Below the pieces are notes generated by a model that saw nothing but the letters and a program-made list of their open reading frames with translations, was not told where the DNA came from and did no database searches. A program made the position numbers and the translations under genes. From Shigella phage TB004: a stretch of 64,000 bases of DNA. Numbering within the stretch: the stretch's first letter is position 1; each line of letters begins with the position of its first letter. The DNA is taken from sequence record MW822011. One strand, written 5' to 3'. Positions 9,623-19,663 of this stretch are shown here, piece by piece.

Positions 9623-10237
9623 ATGAAAATGAAAATGCAAAGTGATTTCAATTCAATGTTTGAAGAGTTCCAAAGACAGGTTGATGTTCCAGACCAATTA
9701 CTAAATGCTCTTAAACGTATGGCAGAAGGACGTAATTATTATTGGGGTTCTTCATATGAAACTGATGAAAGTCTTTCTGGAAGATTTTCCAGAGGTAAAA
9801 AGTCTTTAATACGTCCTGGAATACTTATTAACAATATTGAATCAATTCATTTATTGACATGTGATTTTGATGTTGAATTTACTGATTTCATTTCTCCTGA
9901 ATGGACAGTTTGTTATTTAAACGACGATTTTGATTATCTCGGTGTTTATAGTTTAAGTGACGCATGGTTTAAACGTAACTTACAAAAGTCAAATTTATTC
10001 TATATTGATACTACAGTAAAATTTCAGGGAAAGAAATATTTCTTTACTCTTATAGTTGATTCTGAAACGAAGCATGAAAATAAACGTATTCTTAGTAAAA
10101 GAAATATCTTGAATATTGTTGATGATCTTTTTGATAAATTAGTGGAAAATCCTAATTTTGAAAGTGATTTATTACTAGAAAAATTTGTTAAGGAATGTAG
10201 AGAATATGTCAAAGCCATCACTATACCTTCCAAGTAA
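9623..10237 (+). CDS. hypothetical protein
   Basis: 204-aa ORF, RBS GGAG upstream. Confidence 0.5.
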   Translation: MKMKMQSDFNSMFEEFQRQVDVPDQLLNALKRMAEGRNYYWGSSYETDESLSGRFSRGKKSLIRPGILINNIESIHLLTCDFDVEFTDFISPEWTVCYLNDDFDYLGVYSLSDAWFKRNLQKSNLFYIDTTVKFQGKKYFFTLIVDSETKHENKRILSKRNILNIVDDLFDKLVENPNFESDLLLEKFVKECREYVKAITIPSK

Positions 10238-10598
10238 ACCTGTGAAGTATGAACTAAAGCGTCAGCTAATTCCTACTGATGTATTAATAGGTCCTGTGAC
10301 AGCTATATCATTTGTAATTCTATTGATTGTTGGAATGGTTATAGACTTTATGACTGATATTGAATCTGGCGTAATATTTTTGTTAGTATTAATTCTTCCA
10401 TTAGTAGTTCCATTTTTATTGGTACCTGTAAATTGGGTAGGATATTGGTATCAAGGAAGGCATTATCGTAAACGTGTACGTGAATGGAAAGCTCAGTGTA
10501 AAAAGATTGAAAAGGAACACCGGCTTAAACTCGCTGCGTATGAATTTGACGAAATTATGAAATTTGTTAAGGAATCACGATGCAAAAGCCAAAACTAA
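10206..10598 (+). CDS. small membrane protein, paralog family member 1
   Basis: 130 aa, two TM helices, C-terminal FVKESRCK motif. Confidence 0.5.
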   Translation: MSKPSLYLPSKPVKYELKRQLIPTDVLIGPVTAISFVILLIVGMVIDFMTDIESGVIFLLVLILPLVVPFLLVPVNWVGYWYQGRHYRKRVREWKAQCKKIEKEHRLKLAAYEFDEIMKFVKESRCKSQN

Positions 10599-10954
10599 AT
10601 AAAGTCAAATATTCGCTTCCTGAGTCATTTTTAATTTTTGCTGTGGCGTTGGCTGCAGCTCTTGCCGGTAGTCTTATTGGATTAATGATTGACTGTATTA
10701 TTTTAAACATCCGCAGTAACGTCAGCGGTATAGTAGATATAATAGAAGTTTGGAGTGAACTTCATTATACTATAGCAATTTCATTATTTTCATTCTTTAG
10801 CATCATTTTATATTTTCATTATGATAATTTTAAAATAAATTGGCAAAGAAAAAAGGATTACAAAATACAATTAAAAGAATATAATAACTACATGTCTTAT
10901 ATTGAAAATGAATCAATGAAAGAGTTTGTGAGTGATTGTAGGAAAATCAAATGA
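10580..10954 (+). CDS. small membrane protein, paralog family member 2
   Basis: 124 aa, TM helices, C-terminal FVSDCRKIK. Confidence 0.5.
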   Translation: MQKPKLNKVKYSLPESFLIFAVALAAALAGSLIGLMIDCIILNIRSNVSGIVDIIEVWSELHYTIAISLFSFFSIILYFHYDNFKINWQRKKDYKIQLKEYNNYMSYIENESMKEFVSDCRKIK

Positions 10955-11069
10955 TTTTAAAAACTCGCTGGTATGATTTAGATGATGGGGACGATGGCAT
11001 TTCAGTCGATAGAGTTGACTGGAGCGGCTGTTCCGAAGATATGAAAATTTGCTGATTAGGGAGTTTAGA

Positions 11070-11419
11070 ATGGGATATCAACCAGTTAAGCCATCTACTG
11101 CAACAGATGATAAATTCGTGTGTATTCGAAACGGCCGCGCTAAATTAACGAACGCTGATTGGTTTACAGGCAAGAATATGCTTCTATGGTATATCATTAG
11201 TCTTCCTGTGTCATCATTCGTATTTTATTTCTTTGGAAAAAATCCAATGGATAGAATAGGAGATTGGGCTCTTTTTACTCTGCTTGTTAATATTTTTATA
11301 ACAGCAATACTATCAGGAATATGGTGCGTGTTCATTGAAATGCCATGGCGGTTACGTAGACAGCAAAAGATTTTTGATGAAAAGAAATATACTCAAAATT
11401 TAAATAATTTTATCACCGA

Positions 11420-11438
<19 letters not shown>
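11070..11438 (+). CDS. small membrane protein, paralog family member 3
   Basis: 122 aa from ATG 11070, TM helices, C-terminal FITECRKLK. Confidence 0.5.
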
Positions 11439-12405
<967 letters not shown>

Positions 12406-12476
12406 AGTTGTTTACTTTCTCCTAAAACTGTGATAGTATATTCACAGTTACTAATTAAAATATTTAAAGGAAACAC

Positions 12477-13044
12477 ATGAAAACCTATAAAGAATTTATC
12501 GCTGGAAAAGGCCAAAGGCATTAATAAAGATGAGTGGACTTACCGAGGAAACGGCTTTGACCCTAAAACAGCCCCTATTGAACGATACTTAGCTACAAAA
12601 GCTTCCGACTTTAAAGCTTTCGCTTGGGAAGGACTTCGCTGGCGTACCGATCTAAATATTGAAGTTGATGGGCTTAAATTTGGCCATATTCAAGATGTTG
12701 TTGCTAGTAACTTGGATGCAGCTTTTGTTAAAGCTGACGGTGACCTTCGTCGCTGGAATTTAAAACTATTCTCTAAACAGAAAGGCCCGGTGTTTGTGCC
12801 TAAAGCTGGTAAATGGGTTATTGATAATAAATTAGCTAAGGCTGTCAACTACGCTGGTCTTGAATTCGCCAAGCATAAATCATCATGGAAAGGTCTTGAT
12901 GCAATGGCCTTCCGTAAAGAATTTGCTGATGTTATGGCTAAAGGCGGCTTTAAGGCAGAAATAGATACCTCTAAAGGTACGTTTAAAGACGCTAATGTTC
13001 AGTACGCTTACGCTGTTGCTAATGCAGCCCGTGGTAATTCTTAA
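12477..13044 (+). pseudogene. ipIII: internal protein III gene, frameshifted after the capsid targeting sequence
   Basis: MKTYKEFIA then stop after 15 codons; remainder of IPIII-like sequence open in +1 frame; one extra G near 12504. Confidence 0.55.
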
Positions 13045-13152
13045 TAAAGCCGAGTTCGAACCCGGTAATAGATAAATATAGAAACAGACAATTCGCACGC
13101 ATGAATTGTCCCAAACTTAAAGAATAAAACTATTTACATTTAAAGGAAACAC

Positions 13153-13455
13153 ATGAAAACATATCAAGAATTTATTACTGAAGCGCGAGTGAGTGCAGGT
13201 AAATTAGAAGCCGCTATAAATAAAAAGGCCCATTCATTTCACGATTTGTCCGATAAAGACCGTAAGAAACTTGTAAGCCTTTATATTGACAAAGAGCGTA
13301 TTCTCGCTCTTCCTGGCGCTAATGAAGGTAAACAGGCCAAGCCTTTGAATGCTGTCGAAAAGAAAATTGATAACTTTGCTTCTAAATTCGGTATGTCTAT
13401 GGATGACCTTCAGCAAGCGGCTATCGAAGCAGCTAAAGTAATTAAAGGTAAATAA
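13153..13455 (+). CDS. ipII: internal protein II
   Basis: 100 aa with CTS MKTYQEFITE; matches recalled T4 IPII. Confidence 0.8.
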   Translation: MKTYQEFITEARVSAGKLEAAINKKAHSFHDLSDKDRKKLVSLYIDKERILALPGANEGKQAKPLNAVEKKIDNFASKFGMSMDDLQQAAIEAAKVIKGK

Positions 13456-13512
13456 CAGTTTACTTTCTCCTAGAATTGTGATAGTATATTCATAATTACT
13501 TGGAGGGGTAAA

Positions 13513-13877
13513 ATGACTCGTATTAATTTGACTTTAGTATCTGAACTTGCTGATCAACATTTAATCGCGGAATACCATGAATTGCCGCGTGTTTTTGATA
13601 TAATTCGTAAACACGCGGCAAATGGAAAAATGATTATAATCCATGCAAATCAGCTATTAAGTTGAGTCAACAACGACTCGATGAAAAAATTTTAATGAAG
13701 CCGCATTGGTATAAGTATTACGGCAAAAATATTTACATTCAAATAACATGGGAACAAGCTGGACCTCATGATTCTGTGAGGGATTCCCGCCAACCTGTAA
13801 TAAGGTCGAGCCCAAGTGCGGTAATGGGTAAATACAGAAATGGACAATTCATGCGCCACGGAATGGCCCAAATTTAG
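13513..13877 (+). pseudogene. denV: denV (endonuclease V) remnant with internal out-of-frame deletion
   Basis: N-terminal 39 aa match T4 EndoV, then frame breaks; C-terminal ...SQQRLDEKI..WYKYYGK.IY in another frame. Confidence 0.6.
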
Positions 13878-13887
13878 AGATAACAAA

Positions 13888-14427
13888 ATGAGAACATTTT
13901 TAACTGGTCCTTATCTATCCCTGATGAATGCTTTTACACACCATTCTGATGCTAGAGTAGAAGAAATTTGTAAAAATGATTATATCCCACCATTCGAAGA
14001 CTTACTCAAACAGTATTGCACACTTCGACTAGATGGTGGACGTCAATCCGGTAAATCAACTGCAGTAACTAATTTTGCCGCTAATTGGTTGTATGACGGT
14101 GGAACAGTTATTGTTCTTTCTAATACTTCAGCTTATGCTAAAATTTCTGCGGGCCACATTAAAAAAGAGTTTTCTCGTTATTCTAGCGATGATATTCGAT
14201 TCCGCTTATTTACCGATTCTGTCCGTAGTTTTATCGGTAATAAAGGAAGCAAGTTCAGAGGTTTATCGCTTTCGCGGATTTTGTATATAATCGATGAGCC
14301 TGTTAAATCTCCTGATATGGATAAAATTTACGATATTCATATTGAAACTGTGCACCACTGTTGCAATAGTAAATGCTGCATTGGTGGTATTACTCGTCCA
14401 CAGTTTTTCATAATCGGAATGCAATGA
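13888..14427 (+). CDS. P-loop NTPase-like protein
   Basis: Walker A GGRQSGKST and Walker B-like ILYIIDEP; 179 aa. Confidence 0.5.
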   Translation: MRTFLTGPYLSLMNAFTHHSDARVEEICKNDYIPPFEDLLKQYCTLRLDGGRQSGKSTAVTNFAANWLYDGGTVIVLSNTSAYAKISAGHIKKEFSRYSSDDIRFRLFTDSVRSFIGNKGSKFRGLSLSRILYIIDEPVKSPDMDKIYDIHIETVHHCCNSKCCIGGITRPQFFIIGMQ

Positions 14428-14753
14428 TGACAGACACGCAACTTTTCGAATATCTTTATTTTTCGCCAAAAACTATTAAAAATAAATTGGTGAATCATTT
14501 TGAAATTTTGGCAAATAACAACGTCTTGAGCGAATTTTATCCTAAGCAATACAAATTACAAAAAGGTGTATTCAAAGGATGCAGAGTTTTGTGCACTGCT
14601 CCTAATGCAAGATTAATGAATAAAATTCCATATTTTACCATGGAATTTATTGATGGGCCTTTTAAAGGACTAATTACCCAAAGTTTAATGGCATATGATT
14701 CTGAGCCATTTTTAATTAAAGAGCAATCTTGGATAAATTTATTTTCTAATTGA
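14424..14753 (+). CDS. hypothetical protein
   Basis: 109-aa ORF, start overlaps upstream stop (ATGATGA). Confidence 0.45.
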   Translation: MMTDTQLFEYLYFSPKTIKNKLVNHFEILANNNVLSEFYPKQYKLQKGVFKGCRVLCTAPNARLMNKIPYFTMEFIDGPFKGLITQSLMAYDSEPFLIKEQSWINLFSN

Positions 14754-14761
14754 GAGGTTAT

Positions 14762-15124
14762 ATGAAAGCATATCAAATTCTTGAAGGCACGCATAAAGGT
14801 ACTATTTATTTTGAAGACGGTATTCAAGCACGAATTATTGTCTCTAAAACTTTTAAAGAGGACTCTTTTGTAGACCCAGAAATTTTCTATGGTTTGCATG
14901 CCCGTGAAATTGAAATTGAAACACAACCTACAGTTAAAATTGAGGGTGGTCAACACCTGAACGTTAACGTTCTGCGTCGTGAAACTCTGGAAGATGCAGT
15001 TAAGCATCCGGAAAAATATCCACAGCTGACCATCCGTGTATCCGGTTATGCAGTTCGCTTTAACTCTCTGACTCCGGAACAACAGCGCGATGTTATCGCT
15101 CGTACCTTTACTGAGAGCCTGTAA
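14762..15124 (+). CDS. autonomous glycyl radical cofactor (GrcA/YfiD-like)
   Basis: C-terminal glycine radical motif [11 protein letters not shown]; last ~60 aa identical to recalled E. coli GrcA. Confidence 0.8.
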   Translation: MKAYQILEGTHKGTIYFEDGIQARIIVSKTFKEDSFVDPEIFYGLHAREIEIETQPTVKIEGGQHLNVNVLRRETLEDAVKHPEKYPQLTIRVSGYAVRFNSLTPEQQRDVIARTFTESL

Positions 15125-15345
15125 TGGCAAAGATAATTATTGAAGGTTCTGAAGATGTGTTAAATGCTTTCGCCGAGTGGTTTAGTAATTCAGGCGAACA
15201 GCAATTTAATGAAGCGTGGAATATGGGTGATATTGATGGAATTTATCCTACGACAGAAATTTCTGTTCAAGGATATGGAATTCATGAGCCTATTCGTTTA
15301 GTTGAATATGATTTAGGTACTGGTGAGGAAGTAAAATATGATTGA
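15124..15345 (+). CDS. hypothetical protein
   Basis: 73-aa ORF, overlapping start/stop. Confidence 0.45.
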   Translation: MAKIIIEGSEDVLNAFAEWFSNSGEQQFNEAWNMGDIDGIYPTTEISVQGYGIHEPIRLVEYDLGTGEEVKYD

Positions 15346-15604
15346 AGATATTAAGGGTTATAAGCCACATACTGAAGAGAAAATCGGTAAAGTGAATGCT
15401 ATTAAAGACGCTGAAGTTCGTTTAGGACTTATCTTTGATGCTTTATACGACGAATTCTGGGAAGTGCTAAATAATTGTGAAGACTATGAATTCGCGAAGA
15501 ATTATGCTGAAAGCATCGATCAGTTAACTATTGCTAAAACGAAACTCAAAGAAGCCAGTATGTGGGCTTGTCGTGCTGTGTTCCAACCAGAGGAAAAATA
15601 TTAA
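15338..15604 (+). CDS. hypothetical helical protein at vs.4 position (candidate Acb2-type nucleotide sponge)
   Basis: 88 aa; second ORF upstream of regB, matching recalled position of T4 vs.4. Confidence 0.35.
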   Translation: MIEDIKGYKPHTEEKIGKVNAIKDAEVRLGLIFDALYDEFWEVLNNCEDYEFAKNYAESIDQLTIAKTKLKEASMWACRAVFQPEEKY

Positions 15605-15882
15605 TGGCTCAATTAAGCGCAGGGTTTGGTTATGAGTATTATACTGCCCCTCGTCGTGTATCTGTTGCTCCTAAGAAAATTCAAAGTCTTGATGACTTCC
15701 AGGAAGTAGTCCGTAAAGCTTTCCAGGACTATGCGCGTTATCTTAAAGAAGATTCACAGGACTGTCTCGAAGAAGATGAAATTGCTTACTATGAGCAGCG
15801 TCTTGAACAGCTTAAAAACCTACATGAGGTTCGTGCAGAAGTTTCAAAGTCTATGAATAAATTGATTAGATTTAAAGAATAA
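15604..15882 (+). CDS. hypothetical protein
   Basis: 92 aa from ATG 15604. Confidence 0.45.
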   Translation: MAQLSAGFGYEYYTAPRRVSVAPKKIQSLDDFQEVVRKAFQDYARYLKEDSQDCLEEDEIAYYEQRLEQLKNLHEVRAEVSKSMNKLIRFKE

Positions 15883-15884
15883 CT

Positions 15885-15915
15885 GTTTACTTTTCCTCTT
15901 GACTGTGGTATAATT
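15885..15915 (+). promoter_or_regulatory. early promoter upstream of regB
   Basis: GTTTAC -35 and TATAAT -10. Confidence 0.55.
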
Positions 15916-15941
15916 TTTCTATCAGTTAAGAGGAGAATAAC

Positions 15942-16403
15942 ATGACTATCAACACAGAAGTTTTTATCCGTCGAAATAAGCTCCGTCGTCACTTTGAGTC
16001 GGAGTTTCGTCAAATTAACAATGAGATTCGTGAGGCATCAAAAGCAGCAGGGGTCTCATCGTTTCATCTAAAATATTCTCAACATCTTCTTGATCGTGCA
16101 ATTCAACGGGAGATTGATGAGACATATGTTTTTGAATTATTCCACAAAATAAAAGACCATGTTTTAGAAGTTAATGAATTCCTGAGTATGCCTCCACGCC
16201 CTGATATTGACGAAGATTTTATTGATGGTGTTGAATATCGTCCTGGGCGTTTAGAAATCACAGATGGAAATCTTTGGCTTGGATTTACAGTTTGTAAACC
16301 TAATGCGAAGTTCAAAGACCCGTCGCTTCAATGCAGGATGGCAATTATCAATAGTCGTCGTTTACCGGGAAAGGCTTCTAAAGCAGTAATTAAAACTCAA
16401 TGA
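15942..16403 (+). CDS. regB: site-specific endoribonuclease RegB
   Basis: 153 aa; size and position between denV and tk match T4 regB. Confidence 0.7.
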   Translation: MTINTEVFIRRNKLRRHFESEFRQINNEIREASKAAGVSSFHLKYSQHLLDRAIQREIDETYVFELFHKIKDHVLEVNEFLSMPPRPDIDEDFIDGVEYRPGRLEITDGNLWLGFTVCKPNAKFKDPSLQCRMAIINSRRLPGKASKAVIKTQ

Positions 16404-16410
16404 GGTAAGC

Positions 16411-16956
16411 ATGAGAAAAGCACTACTCGCTGGTCTATTGGCCATTTCAATGATGGCACATAGCTCCGAGCATACTTTCAGTAATGTCCAACTCGATAAC
16501 ATGCGTTACGCGTATCAATTCGGGGAACAATTTTCTAAGGATGGAAAATATAAAACACATAAAAATATCCACAAGAGCGGATTAGGTCATATAATGGCTG
16601 CTATTTTATGGCAAGAAAGCTCCGGCGGAGTTAATTTAAAATCTAAACCAAAGCATCACGCCTATGGAATGTTCCAAAATTATTTGCCGACCATGCGAGC
16701 AAGAGTTAAGGAACTTGGTTATAATATGACCGATGCCGAAATAAAAAGAATGTTGAATAAACGGTCCAATTCAGCTTCCTGGGCGTACATTGAACTTTCT
16801 TATTGGTTAAATATACATAAGGGCGATATAAGAAAAGCAATATCCTCTTATAATTCGGGATGGAATGTTAAAGCAGGTTCTAAATATGCTTCTGAAGTCC
16901 TAGAAAAGGCTAACTACCTTAAAAATAATAAACTACTGGAAATAGTAAATGACTAA
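16411..16956 (+). CDS. secreted lytic transglycosylase (SLT domain)
   Basis: signal peptide; SLT motifs WQESSGG, YGMFQ, SYNSGW. Confidence 0.65.
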   Translation: MRKALLAGLLAISMMAHSSEHTFSNVQLDNMRYAYQFGEQFSKDGKYKTHKNIHKSGLGHIMAAILWQESSGGVNLKSKPKHHAYGMFQNYLPTMRARVKELGYNMTDAEIKRMLNKRSNSASWAYIELSYWLNIHKGDIRKAISSYNSGWNVKAGSKYASEVLEKANYLKNNKLLEIVND

Positions 16957-17296
16957 AATTTTGGTTTTATGTATAGGATTAATTTCATTTTCTGCTTCTG
17001 CGTCAGCAGATACATCATATACTGAAATTAGAGAATATGTAAACCGTACTGCCGCGGATTATTGTGGGAAAAATAAAGCATGCCAAGCTGAATTTGCGCA
17101 GAAATTAATATATGCATATAAAGACGGAGAAAGAGATAAAACAAGTAGATACAAGAACGATACTTTATTAAAACGATATGCTAAAAAGTGGAATACCTTA
17201 GAATGTTCAGTTGCGGAGGAGAAAGATAAAGCCGCTTGTCATTCAATGGTTGACCGTTTGGTAGATTCTTATAATCGAGGATTGAGTACTAGATGA
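16949..17296 (+). CDS. secreted protein (vs position)
   Basis: 115 aa, N-terminal signal peptide ...SASASA. Confidence 0.45.
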   Translation: MTKILVLCIGLISFSASASADTSYTEIREYVNRTAADYCGKNKACQAEFAQKLIYAYKDGERDKTSRYKNDTLLKRYAKKWNTLECSVAEEKDKAACHSMVDRLVDSYNRGLSTR

Positions 17297-17772
17297 TTGT
17301 AAAATATATCAAGGGCGATATTGTCGCCCTATTTCTTCAAGGTAATATTATTGCGCACGGGTGCAATTGTTTTCATACTATGGGTTCAGGTGTAGCGGGT
17401 CAATTAGCAAGGGCCTATCCTAAAATTTTAGAAATAGATAAAACCACTACTGAGTACGGTTCTCGCGATAAATTAGGCGATATGTCTATTGTTTTTAAAC
17501 ATAGTCCTACGGGATTTGGCATATGCTATAACCTGTATACGCAATACGAACCGGGTCCTAATCTTGATTATGGTGCTTTAGTAAACTGCATGATAGAATT
17601 AAATCTACAGGCAGAAACCCTTTTGTTTAAACCAGTAATTTACATTCCACGCATAGGTTGTGGTATTGCTGGCGGCGATTGGGATAAGGTTTCTAAATTA
17701 ATCGACATGTTTACTCCTGATATTGATTTAATAGTGGTGGATTATGAAAGCACATTACCCGCATCCGTTTGA
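17293..17772 (+). CDS. macro domain protein (ADP-ribose binding/hydrolase fold)
   Basis: GDIVALFLQGNIIAHGCNCFHTMGSGVAGQLARAYP and IPRIGCGIAGGDW resemble macro domain motifs. Confidence 0.55.
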   Translation: MIVKYIKGDIVALFLQGNIIAHGCNCFHTMGSGVAGQLARAYPKILEIDKTTTEYGSRDKLGDMSIVFKHSPTGFGICYNLYTQYEPGPNLDYGALVNCMIELNLQAETLLFKPVIYIPRIGCGIAGGDWDKVSKLIDMFTPDIDLIVVDYESTLPASV

Positions 17773-17956
17773 CCCTAAAAACAAAGCAGAAATTATTCGT
17801 CAATGGGAACGCATTTGCCGTACTAAATGCCCAATTAATAGTCCACATGATGTAGATAAAGACTATATTGGAACATTCGTTGAATATACCTTTATTGATA
17901 AGAAAGGTCGTAAACAGCACGTAGAAGAATATTGCTTAAAGGTTACATGGTTATGA
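17744..17956 (+). CDS. hypothetical protein
   Basis: 70-aa ORF. Confidence 0.4.
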   Translation: MKAHYPHPFDPKNKAEIIRQWERICRTKCPINSPHDVDKDYIGTFVEYTFIDKKGRKQHVEEYCLKVTWL

Positions 17957-18159
17957 GCCAAACTAGTATTCTTAAAAATGCGCATTGTGAAAAGTGTAAA
18001 TGGCCTGTTGTTTTTGCTTTATGCAATGATGAAATGGCTTGTGATTTCGATTATTGGTGCTATTGTTCTAATAAAGGATGCATAAATCATAAAGGCGAAG
18101 GATTTTATTCGGGATTTTATCCTTATCCCGATTTCATTAAAGAAGGTAAACCAAAATGA
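17947..18159 (+). CDS. Cys-rich small protein (putative zinc-binding)
   Basis: CEKC...C-x-C...C...C pattern; AAGG RBS. Confidence 0.4.
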   Translation: MVMSQTSILKNAHCEKCKWPVVFALCNDEMACDFDYWCYCSNKGCINHKGEGFYSGFYPYPDFIKEGKPK

Positions 18160-18329
18160 ATAATTTTGAGTTACAATATGAAGTGTTACGTGAGCTTGAT
18201 AATTTAATTGAACTCGCTGTTAATAAAGGTTTTGCCATTGGAATTGGTCAAAAAGATACTGATCATTTAACTATGGAAATATTTAAGCAAAAGCGAATTA
18301 TTTTAAAACTTCTGGAAATTAATATATGA
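18156..18329 (+). CDS. hypothetical small protein
   Basis: 57-codon ORF coupled to neighbours by ATGA overlaps. Confidence 0.35.
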   Translation: MNNFELQYEVLRELDNLIELAVNKGFAIGIGQKDTDHLTMEIFKQKRIILKLLEINI

Positions 18330-18511
18330 GTCTAAGCATTAGTCAGAAAAGTAGATTATTTGAGCTTATTCATGAACTTCTAGATGAGCATGCAGAAGCA
18401 AACACCTTTTATGATGAATACGGCCCGCTATCTCCCGAACAACAGGAAGAATTTGCTGACCGGTTTGATAAGAAAGAAAACGAATTAATAGCTTATGTGA
18501 ATACGCTTTAA
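18326..18511 (+). CDS. hypothetical acidic protein
   Basis: 61-aa ORF. Confidence 0.4.
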   Translation: MSLSISQKSRLFELIHELLDEHAEANTFYDEYGPLSPEQQEEFADRFDKKENELIAYVNTL

Positions 18512-18520
18512 GAAGGTGAT

Positions 18521-19102
18521 ATGGCTAGTTTAATTTTTACTTATGCAGCAATGAATGCTGGAAAATCTGCTTCTCTTTTGACTGCTGCACATAATTATAA
18601 AGAACGCGGAATGAGTGTATTAGTTCTTAAGCCTGCTATTGATACTCGCGATTCTGTTTGTGAAGTCGTTTCTCGCATTGGAATTAAACAGGAAGCGAAT
18701 ATTATTACGGATGATATGGATATTTTTGAGTTCTATAAATGGGCTGAAGCACAAAAAGATATTCATTGTGTATTTGTAGATGAAGCCCAGTTTTTAAAAA
18801 CTGAACAAGTGCATCAATTAAGTCGAATTGTTGATACATATAATGTTCCTGTTATGGCTTATGGTCTAAGGACTGATTTCGCTGGAAAATTATTTGAAGG
18901 TTCTAAAGAACTTTTGGCGATTGCAGATAAACTTATTGAACTAAAGGCAGTTTGTCATTGCGGTAAAAAAGCGATTATGACGGCTCGATTAATGGAAGAT
19001 GGAACACCAGTTAAAGAAGGTAATCAAATCTGTATTGGTGATGAAATTTATGTTTCTTTGTGCAGAAAACATTGGAATGAATTAACTAAAAAGCTCGGTT
19101 AG
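18521..19102 (+). CDS. tk: thymidine kinase
   Basis: 193 aa, P-loop AAMNAGKSAS, C-terminal Cys cluster; matches T4 Tk. Confidence 0.92.
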   Translation: MASLIFTYAAMNAGKSASLLTAAHNYKERGMSVLVLKPAIDTRDSVCEVVSRIGIKQEANIITDDMDIFEFYKWAEAQKDIHCVFVDEAQFLKTEQVHQLSRIVDTYNVPVMAYGLRTDFAGKLFEGSKELLAIADKLIELKAVCHCGKKAIMTARLMEDGTPVKEGNQICIGDEIYVSLCRKHWNELTKKLG

Positions 19103-19111
19103 TGCAAAAGT

Positions 19112-19119
19112 TATAAATA
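19112..19119 (+). promoter_or_regulatory. late promoter TATAAATA
   Basis: exact match upstream of 19145 ORF. Confidence 0.5.
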
Positions 19120-19144
19120 GGTTTATCTAACTAAAGGGGTATAT

Positions 19145-19357
19145 ATGCTACAATTAACTGAAAAGCAACTTCGCAATCTTACTGTTCTTCAATTAGATGA
19201 AATTCGTAGGGAAGTTGGAAATATCATTTCAGCTTTGCGTCGAGAAGTATCACTCAACCAATCTCCGGCAGACTATACTAGATTGCGAAATTTTGAAAAA
19301 TACCTTGATAAAGTTAAGGCCGTGCATCGGCATAAAGTAAATACAGGACAAAAATGA
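19145..19357 (+). CDS. hypothetical protein (rI.1 position)
   Basis: 70 aa. Confidence 0.5.
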
Positions 19358-19369
19358 TAGGAGGCCTTT

Positions 19370-19663
19370 ATGGACTTAAAAGCAACGGCATTATTCGCCA
19401 TGCTAGGATTGTCATTTGTTTTATCTCCATCGATTGAAGCGAATGTCGATCCTCATTTTGATAAATTTATGGAATCTGGTATTAGGCACGTTTATACACT
19501 TTTTGAAAATAAAAGCGTAGAATCGTCTGAACAATTCTATAGTTTTATGAGAACGACCTATAAAAATGACCCGTGCTCTTCTGATTTTGAATGTATAGAG
19601 CGAGGCGCGGAGATGGCACAATCATACGCTAGAATTATGAACATTAAATTGGAGACTGAATGA
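19370..19663 (+). CDS. rI: lysis inhibition regulator RI
   Basis: 97 aa with N-terminal signal-anchor; matches recalled T4 RI. Confidence 0.8.
   Translation: MDLKATALFAMLGLSFVLSPSIEANVDPHFDKFMESGIRHVYTLFENKSVESSEQFYSFMRTTYKNDPCSSDFECIERGAEMAQSYARIMNIKLETE

Noticed and set aside
14537-15130. 197-aa minus-strand ORF
   Set aside because: Antisense to the GrcA-like gene, whose identity is unambiguous from the glycyl radical motif; treated as spurious.
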